From an uncultured delta proteobacterium (lineage in GTDB: Bacteria > Myxococcota_A > Polyangia > Polyangiales > B10-G4), in contig CAVSGI010000001.1 in the NCBI GenBank assembly GCA_963727445.1, positions 18,227 to 82,226 of the forward strand: 64,000 nucleotides of DNA, written 5' to 3'. The translations under genes were made by a program, and so were the position numbers. How positions within the stretch are numbered: position 1 is the first letter of the stretch; the number at the start of each line of letters is the position of its first letter. The notes below the pieces were generated by a model. The model was not told where the DNA came from and made no database searches. It worked only from the letters and a program-made list of their open reading frames with translations. Below, one piece after another: positions 48,504-58,351 of the stretch.

Positions 48504-50165
48504 ATGCGGTGGCGGTCGACTCTGATCCCGGGGATCGCGTGCGTCCTGGGCCTCGCTTGCGACGGCGAGCCGCCAGCGGACGCGGCGACCGACGCCGACG
48601 CGATGATGGATGGCGCGGCCGCTGACGCGGACGCCGCACAGGACGTGGCGTTTCCTCCGGGACCGTGGCGGAGCGCGCTCTACCCGGACGACTGGACGCC
48701 GGACTTCGGGGATCCGGAGGGGCCGTTCCTTCACGACTTCTCGTACGCCGGCTATCACAACGGCGAGTCGCCACTCGGAGCGCACGGGCCGACGGAGATC
48801 GTCGACGTCGCCGACTTCGGCGCGGATCCGAGCGGCGCCACGGACGCGACCGCCGCGATCCAGGCCGCGCTCGACGCCGCGTCATCAGCACCAGGGGGCG
48901 GCGTCGTGGCGCTGGGCGAGGGGCTCTATCGCGTCGATGGAACGCTCGTCGTCTCGTCGTCGAACGTCGTGCTCCGCGGCGCGGGCACTAACGCGACGCG
49001 GCTGCACTTCACGACGCTCAGAGGCATGGCCTCGCGCTCGCACCTCGCGTTCGCCGGCACGCTCACGTCCGACCTCGAAGCACGACTCGCGACGGATGGC
49101 GTGACGCGCGAGACAATCGTCGTCGTCGAAGACGCGTCGGGTCTCTCGGTGGGCGACGACGTCGACCTCGGCTGGGTCATCACCCCCGAGTTCGTCGCCG
49201 AGCACGAGATGACGCCGTACTGGCAGGCATTCAACGACACGTGGCAACCGTTCTTTCGGCGCGAGATCGTCGGCATCGACGGCAACCAGGTGACGCTCGA
49301 CGTGCCGCTGCGCTATCCCGCGAAGGTGCGCGACGCCGCGAGCCTCCGGCGCACGACCGGCTGGCTCCGCGAGGTCGGCGTCGAGGCCCTCGGCGTCGCC
49401 AACGCCGGCGACCCGGACGACGCGTGGGGCGAATCGCAGACGCGTGCAATCGAGCTGACGGGCGTCGCCGACGGGTGGATCCGAGGCGTCGCGTCCTTCC
49501 CGTCGCCGGGCGCGCCGGCCGAGGGCGAGGGCGCCGGGGCCCACCTCGCCTCCGGCGGGATCCTGATCCGCGCGAGCAAGCGCGTCACCGTCGCGGACAC
49601 CGACCTCGCCGAATCGCAGAATCACGGTCCCGGCGGGAACGGCTACCTGTTCGCGGTCCGCGTGAGCAACGAGATCCTCTTCCGCGACGTCTCCGGGCGC
49701 GCGGGCCGGCACGCCTTCACCACCAATTGGGGCTTTGGGACGACGGGCATCGTCTGGCTCCGGGCCCACACGAGCGAGGGCCTGTCACTGTCGGGCCGCG
49801 ATGGGATCGCGACCGTGGGCTACAGCGACTTCCACCACTCCCTCGCCACCGCAAACCTCGTCGACGCGAGCGTCGTGGACGACGGGTGGTCGGCGTACAA
49901 CCGCCTCGGCGCGAGCAGCGGCGCCGGTCACGGCGCGACGCAGAGCGTGTTCTGGAACACTTCCGGAAGCGGGATCGTGCGTTCGTTCCAGTGGCGCTAC
50001 GGCTACGTGATCGGTACGGCGCCCGGGCTCGACGTGTCGACCTGGGGGGCGGTGTTCGACCAGCTCTCGACGGAGCCCGAGGACTATCGCGAAGGGATCG
50101 GGCGCACGGGGCTGGTGCCGAGCTCACTCTACGAGGATCAGCTGGCGCGCCGGCTCGGCCGGTGA
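48504..50165 (+). CDS. Pectate-lyase-3/GH28-like beta-helix lipoprotein
   Basis: GLAC lipobox; DFSYAGY, VADFGADPSG..DATAAIQAALD, VVLRGAG. Confidence 0.8.
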   Translation: MRWRSTLIPGIACVLGLACDGEPPADAATDADAMMDGAAADADAAQDVAFPPGPWRSALYPDDWTPDFGDPEGPFLHDFSYAGYHNGESPLGAHGPTEIVDVADFGADPSGATDATAAIQAALDAASSAPGGGVVALGEGLYRVDGTLVVSSSNVVLRGAGTNATRLHFTTLRGMASRSHLAFAGTLTSDLEARLATDGVTRETIVVVEDASGLSVGDDVDLGWVITPEFVAEHEMTPYWQAFNDTWQPFFRREIVGIDGNQVTLDVPLRYPAKVRDAASLRRTTGWLREVGVEALGVANAGDPDDAWGESQTRAIELTGVADGWIRGVASFPSPGAPAEGEGAGAHLASGGILIRASKRVTVADTDLAESQNHGPGGNGYLFAVRVSNEILFRDVSGRAGRHAFTTNWGFGTTGIVWLRAHTSEGLSLSGRDGIATVGYSDFHHSLATANLVDASVVDDGWSAYNRLGASSGAGHGATQSVFWNTSGSGIVRSFQWRYGYVIGTAPGLDVSTWGAVFDQLSTEPEDYREGIGRTGLVPSSLYEDQLARRLGR

Positions 50166-50169
50166 GAGC

Positions 50170-53100
50170 TCACCGAGCGCGGTCCATCTCTCGCCGGAGC
50201 GCATGGGCGACGACCGCAGCGTGGGGCGGGCGCAGGATGTCTTCGTGCGTGGCCGTCGCGATCTCCTCGACGCGCACGCGACGAGCGAGCCGGCGCCAGC
50301 CGAGGAGCTCGTCCGGAATGGTCCCGCGGCGAGGAAACTCCGCGCGAACCAGGAAGATGGCTCCGGGGTGGAACTTGGGCTCGTATTGGTCGAGCGCGCG
50401 CAGGTTGGCGACCGACACCCGCCCGCGGTTGGCGAGCGGGCCTCGTGCGATCTCGTGGGCGAGGGCCTCCGCGATCGAGCCGGTGTTCTCGCCCGCGCGA
50501 CGAAGCGCGACCTTTTCTCTCACCCAAGCACGGATTCCGCTCGGGCCGCTGCGGACCAGCGAGGCGATCCGATCGGCGTACCACAGCGGTACGCCGACGC
50601 CGGGACGAGGCGCCGGCGCGTCGATGAGCTGAAGGCTCGCCGGGTCGGGGAGCCCACGCGCGCGAAGACGCCTGGCCATCTCGAAAGCGACGACGCCGCC
50701 GTAACACCATCCCGCGAGATGGAGGGGGCGGTCGCCCGCGACCTCTCGCGCGAGCGCGAGGTAACGGTCGGCCATGGCTTCGATGCTGGTGTCGGCCTGA
50801 GCGTCGGGGCCGAGACCGCGAGACTGGATCCCATACACGGGCTGGTCGGAGCCGAGCGCCTCGACCAGCGAGGTGTAGCCGAAGATGTCCCCCGGGGTCG
50901 TGTGGATCAGGAACAAGGCAGGGCGATCACCTCGCGTGCGGAGCGGCACGAGGCAGGAGAACGCGTCGCCGCCGGCGGCGCGGGTGCGAACGCGTGCGGC
51001 CAGAGACCGGACGGTGGGGTTGGCGAGCAGTGCCTCGGTCTCGACCACGAGCCCGGCGCGGCCGGCGAGGTCGACGATGCGAAGGGCGGCGAGGGAGTGG
51101 CCGCCGAGGGAGAAGAAGTCGTCCTCCACACCCACCGTCGCGCGTCCGAGGGCGCGCGCGAAGATGTCGGCCAGCACCGCTTCGACGGGAGTGCGCGCCG
51201 CGGCGGCGTCGCGCGGGAGCTCGCCTTCGAGGCGTCGGGCGAGCGCACGCACGCGAGCGCGATCGAGCTTGCCGTTCGGGGACAGAGGGAGCCGGTCGGC
51301 CTGTAGCAGGGCTGCTGGGACCATGGCATCTGGCAGGTGGCTCTCGGCGTGGCGTCGAACCGCTGCCTCGTCGAATCCTTCTGTCATGACGACGACAGCC
51401 AACAGACGTGGACCGGCACCCTCGTCGACCACGACCGCCGCGGCGTCTTTGATCCCCGGGGCGCCGCGAAGGACCGCCTCGATCTCGCCGAGCTCGATGC
51501 GTACGCCGCGCACCTTCACCTGAGCGTCTCGCCGTCCCAGGAACTCGACGCTGCCGTCCTCTGCGAAGCGTCCCAGGTCTCCCGTCCGATAGAGCGTCGA
51601 GCCCTCAGGGCCGAAGGGGTCGGCGACGAAGCGCTCCCGCGTGAGCTCGGGTCGTCCGACGTAGCCACGTGCCACCTGCACGCCGCCGATGAAGAGCTCT
51701 CCTGGGACCCCGACGGGCACGAGCCGCATCACGTCGTCCAGGATCCGAAGCGTGGTGTTGGCGATGGGTCGACCGATCGAGACGGAGGGGCCGTCGACCT
51801 TCGTCACGGGGTGCGCGGTCACGTCGACCGCCGCCTCGGTCGGCCCGTAGAGGTTGTGCAGGCGCGCCGCGGGATGCGCCTCGAGGAAGCGCCGCGCCAC
51901 GTCCGGCGGCAGGGCCTCGCCGCTCGCGATCACGTCTCGAAGGCTCTTCCCGCATCCAGCCGGGGCCCCCTCCAAGAACGCCGCGAGCATCGAGGGAACG
52001 AAGTGGCAGATCGTGACGGCCTCATCGTCGATGAGCTCGGCGAGGCGACGTGGCTCCCGATGGGCGCCTTCGGGGGCGACGACCTCCGTGGCGCCGCAAA
52101 CGAGCGGCAGAAAGAGCTCCCATACCGACACGTCGAAGCCGAGAGGTGTCTTCTGCAGGACTCGGTCTCTTGGTCCGACGTCGTATTCGTCGCGCATCCA
52201 CAAGAGGCGATTGCGAATCGCGGCGTGCGTGTTCATCGCCCCCTTCGGGCGGCCGGTGGAGCCGGAGGTGAACAGAACGTAGGCGATGGAATCCCCCGTC
52301 GCGCTCTCGCCGGGCGCTGCTCCGGCGACGTGGCCGCCCTCCGAACCCAATCGAACGCAGAGGGGCTCGGCCTTCGCGTCCGCCTCTTCGACGAGCGCGC
52401 GACCGCGTTCGAGGAGTCGCTCGGCGCAGGCGACCGCGGCGGGGCGGGCGTCCTCGATGATCGCGGAGAGCCGCGCATCGGGATAGCCAGGGTCGAGGGG
52501 GACGAAGGCGGCCCCCACGTCGAGAACCGCGAGCATCGTCGTCAGCGCGAGCGCCGACCGGCCCGCGAGCACGCCGACGACGTCACCCGATCGCACCCCG
52601 CGATCACCGAGCGCGGCCGCGACATGGCGCGCTTCATCGGCGAGCTGCTCGAAGGTCAGCGTGGCGTCGTCGGCGATCACCGCGGTCGCCTTCGGGGTGC
52701 GGGCGACCTGGGCCGCGACGAGGCCTGAGAGCGTCTCGGGCTCGTCCCACTCGACGCGCGGCCCCGGGTGCGTGCGCTCGAGCAGGGCAGTGACCTCCTC
52801 CTCCGCGAGCATGGGCAGGTCGGAGATGGGCGCGTCGGACACCCCCTTCGCGAGGCCTCGGAGCAAGGTCTCCACGTGGCGGAGCATCCGCTTCATGACG
52901 GCTTCGTCGAAACGGGTGCGGTCCCACTCGAGGTGCAGCACGATCTCGGGGCCGAGGTCGACCATCAACATGAGTGGGTAGTTGGTCCACTCGGCGATGT
53001 GGAGGTCCTCCGTGAACGCGGCGTGACCGCGGCGCGCGAGGTCGTTCTTCCAGTCGTACGCCTCGACGACCAGGATGCTCTCGAAGAGCGGGCCGCCCCG

Positions 53101-54135
53101 CCCGGCCCCCACCCATTCTCCGATGGCGGTCAGCGGCGTCTGTTCGTGAGGGCGCATCTCCACCCACGTCGATCGAAGCGCGTCGGCAGCTTCTCGGATG
53201 CTTCCGCCGGGCGGGACACGCGCGCGAACCGGCAGCGTGTTGATGGTCATCCCGACCATGTCGTTCGCGCCGGCGACGGTGCCGTGACGACCCGCCCGCG
53301 TGGCGCCGAAGACGACGTCCGAGGTCCCTCCGTATCGGGCCAGGAGGATCGACCAGGCGAGCTGGACGAGCGTGTTCGGTGTCACGCCCGCGTCCTTCGC
53401 CGCCGCGTAGAGCGCCCCGGAGGTGGATTCGTCGACGCGTCCCAGCAGCCGCCCCGAGGGGGACGCCCCCGGCGGCAGAGGCTCACGCGCGCTGCGCTCG
53501 GCTGTGAGAGGGGTCGGGAGCGGGGCGCCCCCGAGGGCCTCGCGCCAGAAGCGTTCGTCGTCCTTCAGATCGCGGCTCGCAACCCACGCGAGGTAATCAC
53601 CGAAATCCGGGTGCGGTGAGAGCACGGGCGGCTCGCCCCCCTCTCGCAGCGCAGCATGGGTGGTCAGCACGTCGTCGATGACGGTGAAGAAGGACCTCCC
53701 GTCCAGGAGCAGGTGGTGAAAGGTCCACACGAGGATGGAACGGTCGTCCGCGACCTCGATGAAGGTGAGGCGTTGACACGGCGCGCGGTCCACCTCGAAA
53801 CCCTTCAGCCGATCGGCGAGAAGAAAGCGGTCGATCTCCGCCTCGCGTTCGGGCGCCGGGAGATGCGAGAGATTCAGGGTCTCGACCGGGATATCGGCGA
53901 CGTCGTGGACGCGCTGCTCGGGTCGGTCGAGGCCTCGGAAGTGAAACGAGGTGCGAAGGATGGGGTGATGCGCGGTGACGTGTGCGAACGCGCGGACCAT
54001 CCGCGGCCGGTCGATCTGCATCGCGGGACGGGCGATGAGCTGCTGGATGTCCACGCCCGGGCGGGGCGCGGCGACCGAATGAAAGAGCATCCCCGCTTGC
54101 ACCGGTGACAGGGGGTGTGTAGCTACGACCGCCAC
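50170..54135 (-). CDS. Standalone NRPS, C-A-PCP-TE
   Basis: HHLLLDG; YVLFTSGSTGRPKG, NLYGPTE, YRTGDL, QVKVRGVRIELGEIE, LSPNGKLDR; FFSLGGHSL; GWCYGG; start uncertain. Confidence 0.93.
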   Translation of the reverse strand: MAVVATHPLSPVQAGMLFHSVAAPRPGVDIQQLIARPAMQIDRPRMVRAFAHVTAHHPILRTSFHFRGLDRPEQRVHDVADIPVETLNLSHLPAPEREAEIDRFLLADRLKGFEVDRAPCQRLTFIEVADDRSILVWTFHHLLLDGRSFFTVIDDVLTTHAALREGGEPPVLSPHPDFGDYLAWVASRDLKDDERFWREALGGAPLPTPLTAERSAREPLPPGASPSGRLLGRVDESTSGALYAAAKDAGVTPNTLVQLAWSILLARYGGTSDVVFGATRAGRHGTVAGANDMVGMTINTLPVRARVPPGGSIREAADALRSTWVEMRPHEQTPLTAIGEWVGAGRGGPLFESILVVEAYDWKNDLARRGHAAFTEDLHIAEWTNYPLMLMVDLGPEIVLHLEWDRTRFDEAVMKRMLRHVETLLRGLAKGVSDAPISDLPMLAEEEVTALLERTHPGPRVEWDEPETLSGLVAAQVARTPKATAVIADDATLTFEQLADEARHVAAALGDRGVRSGDVVGVLAGRSALALTTMLAVLDVGAAFVPLDPGYPDARLSAIIEDARPAAVACAERLLERGRALVEEADAKAEPLCVRLGSEGGHVAGAAPGESATGDSIAYVLFTSGSTGRPKGAMNTHAAIRNRLLWMRDEYDVGPRDRVLQKTPLGFDVSVWELFLPLVCGATEVVAPEGAHREPRRLAELIDDEAVTICHFVPSMLAAFLEGAPAGCGKSLRDVIASGEALPPDVARRFLEAHPAARLHNLYGPTEAAVDVTAHPVTKVDGPSVSIGRPIANTTLRILDDVMRLVPVGVPGELFIGGVQVARGYVGRPELTRERFVADPFGPEGSTLYRTGDLGRFAEDGSVEFLGRRDAQVKVRGVRIELGEIEAVLRGAPGIKDAAAVVVDEGAGPRLLAVVVMTEGFDEAAVRRHAESHLPDAMVPAALLQADRLPLSPNGKLDRARVRALARRLEGELPRDAAAARTPVEAVLADIFARALGRATVGVEDDFFSLGGHSLAALRIVDLAGRAGLVVETEALLANPTVRSLAARVRTRAAGGDAFSCLVPLRTRGDRPALFLIHTTPGDIFGYTSLVEALGSDQPVYGIQSRGLGPDAQADTSIEAMADRYLALAREVAGDRPLHLAGWCYGGVVAFEMARRLRARGLPDPASLQLIDAPAPRPGVGVPLWYADRIASLVRSGPSGIRAWVREKVALRRAGENTGSIAEALAHEIARGPLANRGRVSVANLRALDQYEPKFHPGAIFLVRAEFPRRGTIPDELLGWRRLARRVRVEEIATATHEDILRPPHAAVVAHALRREMDRAR

Positions 54136-54356
54136 GACTGCGGAATGTACCCCCGCAGAGTGGTCGGCGCTCGCCTGTTCCCGGGCACTGAGTGGGCCCG
54201 CAGCGTCGGGGTCAGCGTCGGCCGGTGCGGCCCTTCCACTCGGTGGCCCACTTCGGCGGGGTGAGGTTGTGGAAGGTGAGGTCGCGGAGGTCAGCGACGA
54301 GAACGGGGTCGGCGGAGCGGCCAAGGTCGAGGATGGTGCAGGTCAGGCGAGGCCGG

Positions 54357-55373
54357 TCACAACCCGACGCGATGACAGTAGTCCACGATCTGCGCTCGGC
54401 AGGAAGCGTGCTGATCCGCCGAGATGCCGCTCATGGTCGTGCTGGCGGGGAAGCTTCCACAAGAGGTGCCAGTGCAGCCGTAGGCGCAGGAGTAGGAGGT
54501 GCCGCTCTGCTCCACCTCGGCGGCCACGCGCATGCTGGATGGACCCTCTTGATACAAGGAACGAGTGGAGCCGGTGGCCGTGTTGTCGACGAAGCAGATG
54601 CCACTCGTGAGCGCGCGGATGGCCTCGAGCTCCGTCATGCCGAAGCACGGGCAGGGAACGTGACATGTGGCGGGGTCGTCGCTCCACGCGCCGGTGGATT
54701 CGCACGTCGGCATCGCCTGACCGACGAGCACGTAGCCCGTATCGCAGGCGTAGGTCGCCGTCGCGCCTTCGGCGAGTGAGGGAGCGCTGATGCTGCCGTT
54801 CGCTGGCGCGCTGAGCGCGGGGCACGTCACCGGGACGCTGGTGTCCATGGCCGCGGTATCGGCGGTCGCGTCCATCGCCCCGTCGCCCGTTCCTGCGTCC
54901 ATCATGCCGGCGTCCGGAGTCGGACCCGTCCACGTCCCTTCGCAATCCGCGTAGAGCGTCGAGAGGTCGCCCTCGTAGTAGTAGTCCTCGTACTCGTTCG
55001 CGAAGCCCTCGGCCTGCACGCAGCGCCCGATCACACCCGTGGTGTCACAGCCGCACTCACTGAGCTCGCCGTCGGTGCAGAGCGTCGAGAGGTCGTACGT
55101 CGCGTAGAAGCTCCCGGTGTACTGCTCGCACCGGTCCGCCCGGGTGCAGCTCCCGTAGTCCCTGGGCGTGCAGGCCGCATCCGCCGCGCCGTCCAGTCCC
55201 CCGTCCATCGCCCCGTCCATCTCGCCATCCACCGCGGCCGACGAATCCAACGCGCCATCGACGACCGTCGAGTCGCCGCGCCCGGTGTCCGCGCCTCCAT
55301 CCACGGCATCATCCGCCGGGTCCGAACATCCCAGGGCAACCAAGAGGCACAACGAGAACCACTGCCCGAGCAT
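54357..55373 (-). CDS. Lipoprotein with a Sushi/CCP domain
   Basis: ALGC lipobox; CPALSAPANG..ATYACDTGYVLVG..TCESTGAWSDDPATC. Confidence 0.8.
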   Translation of the reverse strand: MLGQWFSLCLLVALGCSDPADDAVDGGADTGRGDSTVVDGALDSSAAVDGEMDGAMDGGLDGAADAACTPRDYGSCTRADRCEQYTGSFYATYDLSTLCTDGELSECGCDTTGVIGRCVQAEGFANEYEDYYYEGDLSTLYADCEGTWTGPTPDAGMMDAGTGDGAMDATADTAAMDTSVPVTCPALSAPANGSISAPSLAEGATATYACDTGYVLVGQAMPTCESTGAWSDDPATCHVPCPCFGMTELEAIRALTSGICFVDNTATGSTRSLYQEGPSSMRVAAEVEQSGTSYSCAYGCTGTSCGSFPASTTMSGISADQHASCRAQIVDYCHRVGL

Positions 55374-55478
55374 CGTCCGCTCCTCCCCGCAATGGACGTC
55401 ACGCTATCATTTCCATTCACGGGCGGCTCGCATCGCGCGGCGCTCGCAGCCAGGGAACGCGTGGGGTACCTTCCGCGG

Positions 55479-56123
55479 ATGCGAATCACCGATCAAGACA
55501 GGCTCACGTGGGGCCCGGCACTCTCGCAGCGGCTCGCACCGGTCAGTGACCTCCACGCCATCGTCGCCGAACGCGGGGCGCGGCAGGCCGAGCTGAGCAG
55601 CGCGCTCGCCGAGGCGGAGAAGCGAATCGACCGCGAAGCCTCCGAAGAAGGGGCAGCGCTCGACCGGCTCACGCAGGCGAGTGAAGACGCGGAGCGAATC
55701 CTGCGACTCGTCGCCCTCAAGCTCGAGACCGCGCACCTCGAAGGCGAGGTCGCCGACGATGCCTTTCGCGCATTCATGGGGGCGGCGTTTCCGCACGGAG
55801 CCGGCGCGACGGGCAGCACCCCGGGCGACCGTTACCAGGCCATCAAGCGCGTATCCGATGCACTCGCAGCAAACGCCGAGCTCGGCACGCGCGAGTCGCT
55901 CGCGGAAAAGGCCGCTGAATCCGTGAAGGCGCTCGAGAGCGCGAACGAAGAGGCGAAACGCGAGGCAGGCGAGAAGCGCGCCGCCAGCGAGGCGCTGAGC
56001 GAGGCTCGCGCGAAGTGGGACGACGCGTGGATCGCGACCAAGGAGATCCTATCCGGTCTCCTGCGCGACGCAGGCCGCCGCGACGAGCTGCCGAGCTACT
56101 TCCCCGACGGGGCGGCGAAGTAA
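55479..56123 (+). CDS. Hypothetical helical/coiled-coil protein
   Basis: A/E/R-rich ORF with host-like codon usage. Confidence 0.6.
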   Translation: MRITDQDRLTWGPALSQRLAPVSDLHAIVAERGARQAELSSALAEAEKRIDREASEEGAALDRLTQASEDAERILRLVALKLETAHLEGEVADDAFRAFMGAAFPHGAGATGSTPGDRYQAIKRVSDALAANAELGTRESLAEKAAESVKALESANEEAKREAGEKRAASEALSEARAKWDDAWIATKEILSGLLRDAGRRDELPSYFPDGAAK

Positions 56124-56126
56124 GCC

Positions 56127-57644
56127 CTACCCGCCGGCAGACGCGCCCTCTACCCCGCCGTCGTCTCCCTCCACCCGCCGAATCGACGGCAACGTCCATA
56201 CGCCGTCAAGGATCGCCTCCTGCGGCATGTACATCCGTAGCATCGGGCGGAACTGCCCCTCCGGCGCCGGCAGCCAATTGGCGCGCTCCGCGCGCGGCGG
56301 CGCCTCATGGCTCATGATGATGGTCAGCGAGTCGTCCCGACCGCGACGCAGGCCGCGAGTGTGCTCGGTGATCGAGAAGCGATGGATCTCGTTGTCGACG
56401 AGGCTGTGATTCGGCTCGTCATACATGGTGAGCGACCAGAAGGCATCCACTGGCGGCACCGTCTCGAAGGTGATCTCGTAGCGATGCGCTCCGACGAGCT
56501 CCTCCCCGTCCTCGTCGCGGTGGCGCATGGCGTACACCGTCTCGTATCCATGAGGCCTCAGCGGCGCGATGCGGGCCGCGACCGCCCGCGCGACGTAGGC
56601 CTGCGCGCGGTCGTCCATCTTCCACTCCTGAGAGTCGATGGTACCGATCTCGAGATAGTCGACGTTGTAGTCGAACCAGTGCGTCGAGAGCTGCCAGCCG
56701 TGGGGCGCATGATCGAGGAGGTTCTCGATCCGCTGCCGCGCGCCGGCGGCCCCGTCGATCAACGCCTGGCGCAGCTCGGGGCTCGGGTCGCGATAGGGGC
56801 TCTCGGCGCCCGCGGTCGTCAGCCCGAGAGGCGCGAAGCTCTCGAGAAGATCGGCCTCGCTCTCGGGCGGCGGGTCGAGGGCGATCCAGGTGCGGAGCTT
56901 CTCCCAGAAGACCAGCTCCTCGGACACCTCGGTGTCGTAGGGCGCGAGCTCGCGGTCGCCGAGCTCACGGGAGCCGTCCTCGCGTCGCTCGGGGTAGCGG
57001 CTCAGGGGCGTGACCCAGATCTCCCGTTGAACCCGCTGCGCCTCCGAGAGGTCGCGCGGCCCATCGACGGCGATCCGGCCGACGATCGCGAAGTGACGCG
57101 TGGGGATCGGGATGCGCGTGATGCCTTCGGGCACCTCCCCCTCCCAACCGGGGCCCGTGAGCAGGTACTTCCCCGCGCGCCCGGAGGTGGCGCGCGTACC
57201 GAGGTAAGCGAAGTTGTTCGTCCAGGCGTCGACGAGCTGGAGCACGACGTAACGCCCCCCCGTCGCCGGGACGTTCAGCACCAGAGGCTCGTCGGCCACG
57301 TCCCCCATCAGGACGTGATAGAGCGCGTCCTCGTTGATGGAGACGGGGTGATCCTCCGGCAACCCGAGGCGCTCGGCCGACCCGAAGGTATCGAGGGGAG
57401 CCGAGAAGAGGAGCGCGTCCGTGGAGGTGGCCTGGACCATCTCGTCACGATGCTGAACCGCGGGGTAGCCGTAGATGTAAGCGCGAGAGGCGAGCGAGGT
57501 CAGCTGCTGCACGGTGGGACCGGGCGGCTGATGGGCAGTGGGCTCCCGGGCGTTGTCCTGGACCCAGCGCCCCTGCTCCGACGGGGCCTGTTCGCCTCCA
57601 CACGCCGATAGGGCGATGATCAGCACCGCGATCCTCTTGTTCAC
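56127..57644 (-). CDS. DUF1254/DUF1214 lipoprotein
   Basis: LSAC; AYIYGYP, EPLVLNVP..RY..QLVDAWTN, FWSLTMYD, NWLPAP.G.F..LRMY.P. Confidence 0.92.
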   Translation of the reverse strand: MNKRIAVLIIALSACGGEQAPSEQGRWVQDNAREPTAHQPPGPTVQQLTSLASRAYIYGYPAVQHRDEMVQATSTDALLFSAPLDTFGSAERLGLPEDHPVSINEDALYHVLMGDVADEPLVLNVPATGGRYVVLQLVDAWTNNFAYLGTRATSGRAGKYLLTGPGWEGEVPEGITRIPIPTRHFAIVGRIAVDGPRDLSEAQRVQREIWVTPLSRYPERREDGSRELGDRELAPYDTEVSEELVFWEKLRTWIALDPPPESEADLLESFAPLGLTTAGAESPYRDPSPELRQALIDGAAGARQRIENLLDHAPHGWQLSTHWFDYNVDYLEIGTIDSQEWKMDDRAQAYVARAVAARIAPLRPHGYETVYAMRHRDEDGEELVGAHRYEITFETVPPVDAFWSLTMYDEPNHSLVDNEIHRFSITEHTRGLRRGRDDSLTIIMSHEAPPRAERANWLPAPEGQFRPMLRMYMPQEAILDGVWTLPSIRRVEGDDGGVEGASAGG

Positions 57645-57786
57645 GCGTTCCTCCGCATCCTCTCCAACGCCTTAGTCCCAAGTCTCGCGGACGGCAACGC
57701 TCCCAATTCCCCTCGAATTCCGCCACCCTCCGGCCGGGACGCGATTTTTTCGGTCACGAACTGGCCGGTCGTCGTCACCGGGGGAC

Positions 57787-58350
57787 GTGATGGCAGCACG
57801 AGATTTGGCCTCGGAAGAGGCGGATCCGATTCAGCTTCGGATTCAGGAGGGGGCGTACCGCGAGGCAGTCGCGATGTGCGCCAGGGAGCACGGAGCCGCC
57901 CTCGGGCGCCTGTGCATGGCGATGCTGGGTAGTCAGGCGGAGGCGGAAGAGACCGCCCAGGAGGCCCTGCTCGCCGCGCACGACGCCATGGCGTCGTATC
58001 GGGGAGAGGGCTCCGTTCGCTCTTGGCTTTTCGGCATCGCGCGCCGCATGTGTGCGCGGCGCATCGAGACCCGGGTCCGGCGCAAGAACAAGCTGCGGCT
58101 CGTTCACGACGCCGGCGCGGAGGCAGGGCTCCCCGACGACGTGGTCGAGCAGAACCGCCGCGCGCGGAAGGTCCGCGAGGCCCTCGAAGAGCTCAAGCCA
58201 TCCGAGCGCGACGTGGTCGTGCTCCGTTACGAATCCGGCCTCAGCTATCGCGAGATCGCCATCGCGATCGGCATCGACGAGGCCACGGCGCGGAAGAGGA
58301 CGAGCCGCGCGCTCGTCCGCCTCCGCAAGCACCTGAAGGACGAGGTTTGA
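57787..58350 (+). CDS. ECF sigma-70 factor
   Basis: AEETAQEA, SWLFGIARR, L..L...RDVVVLRY.SGLSYREIA. Confidence 0.92.
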   Translation: MMAARDLASEEADPIQLRIQEGAYREAVAMCAREHGAALGRLCMAMLGSQAEAEETAQEALLAAHDAMASYRGEGSVRSWLFGIARRMCARRIETRVRRKNKLRLVHDAGAEAGLPDDVVEQNRRARKVREALEELKPSERDVVVLRYESGLSYREIAIAIGIDEATARKRTSRALVRLRKHLKDEV

Positions 58351-58351
58351 A

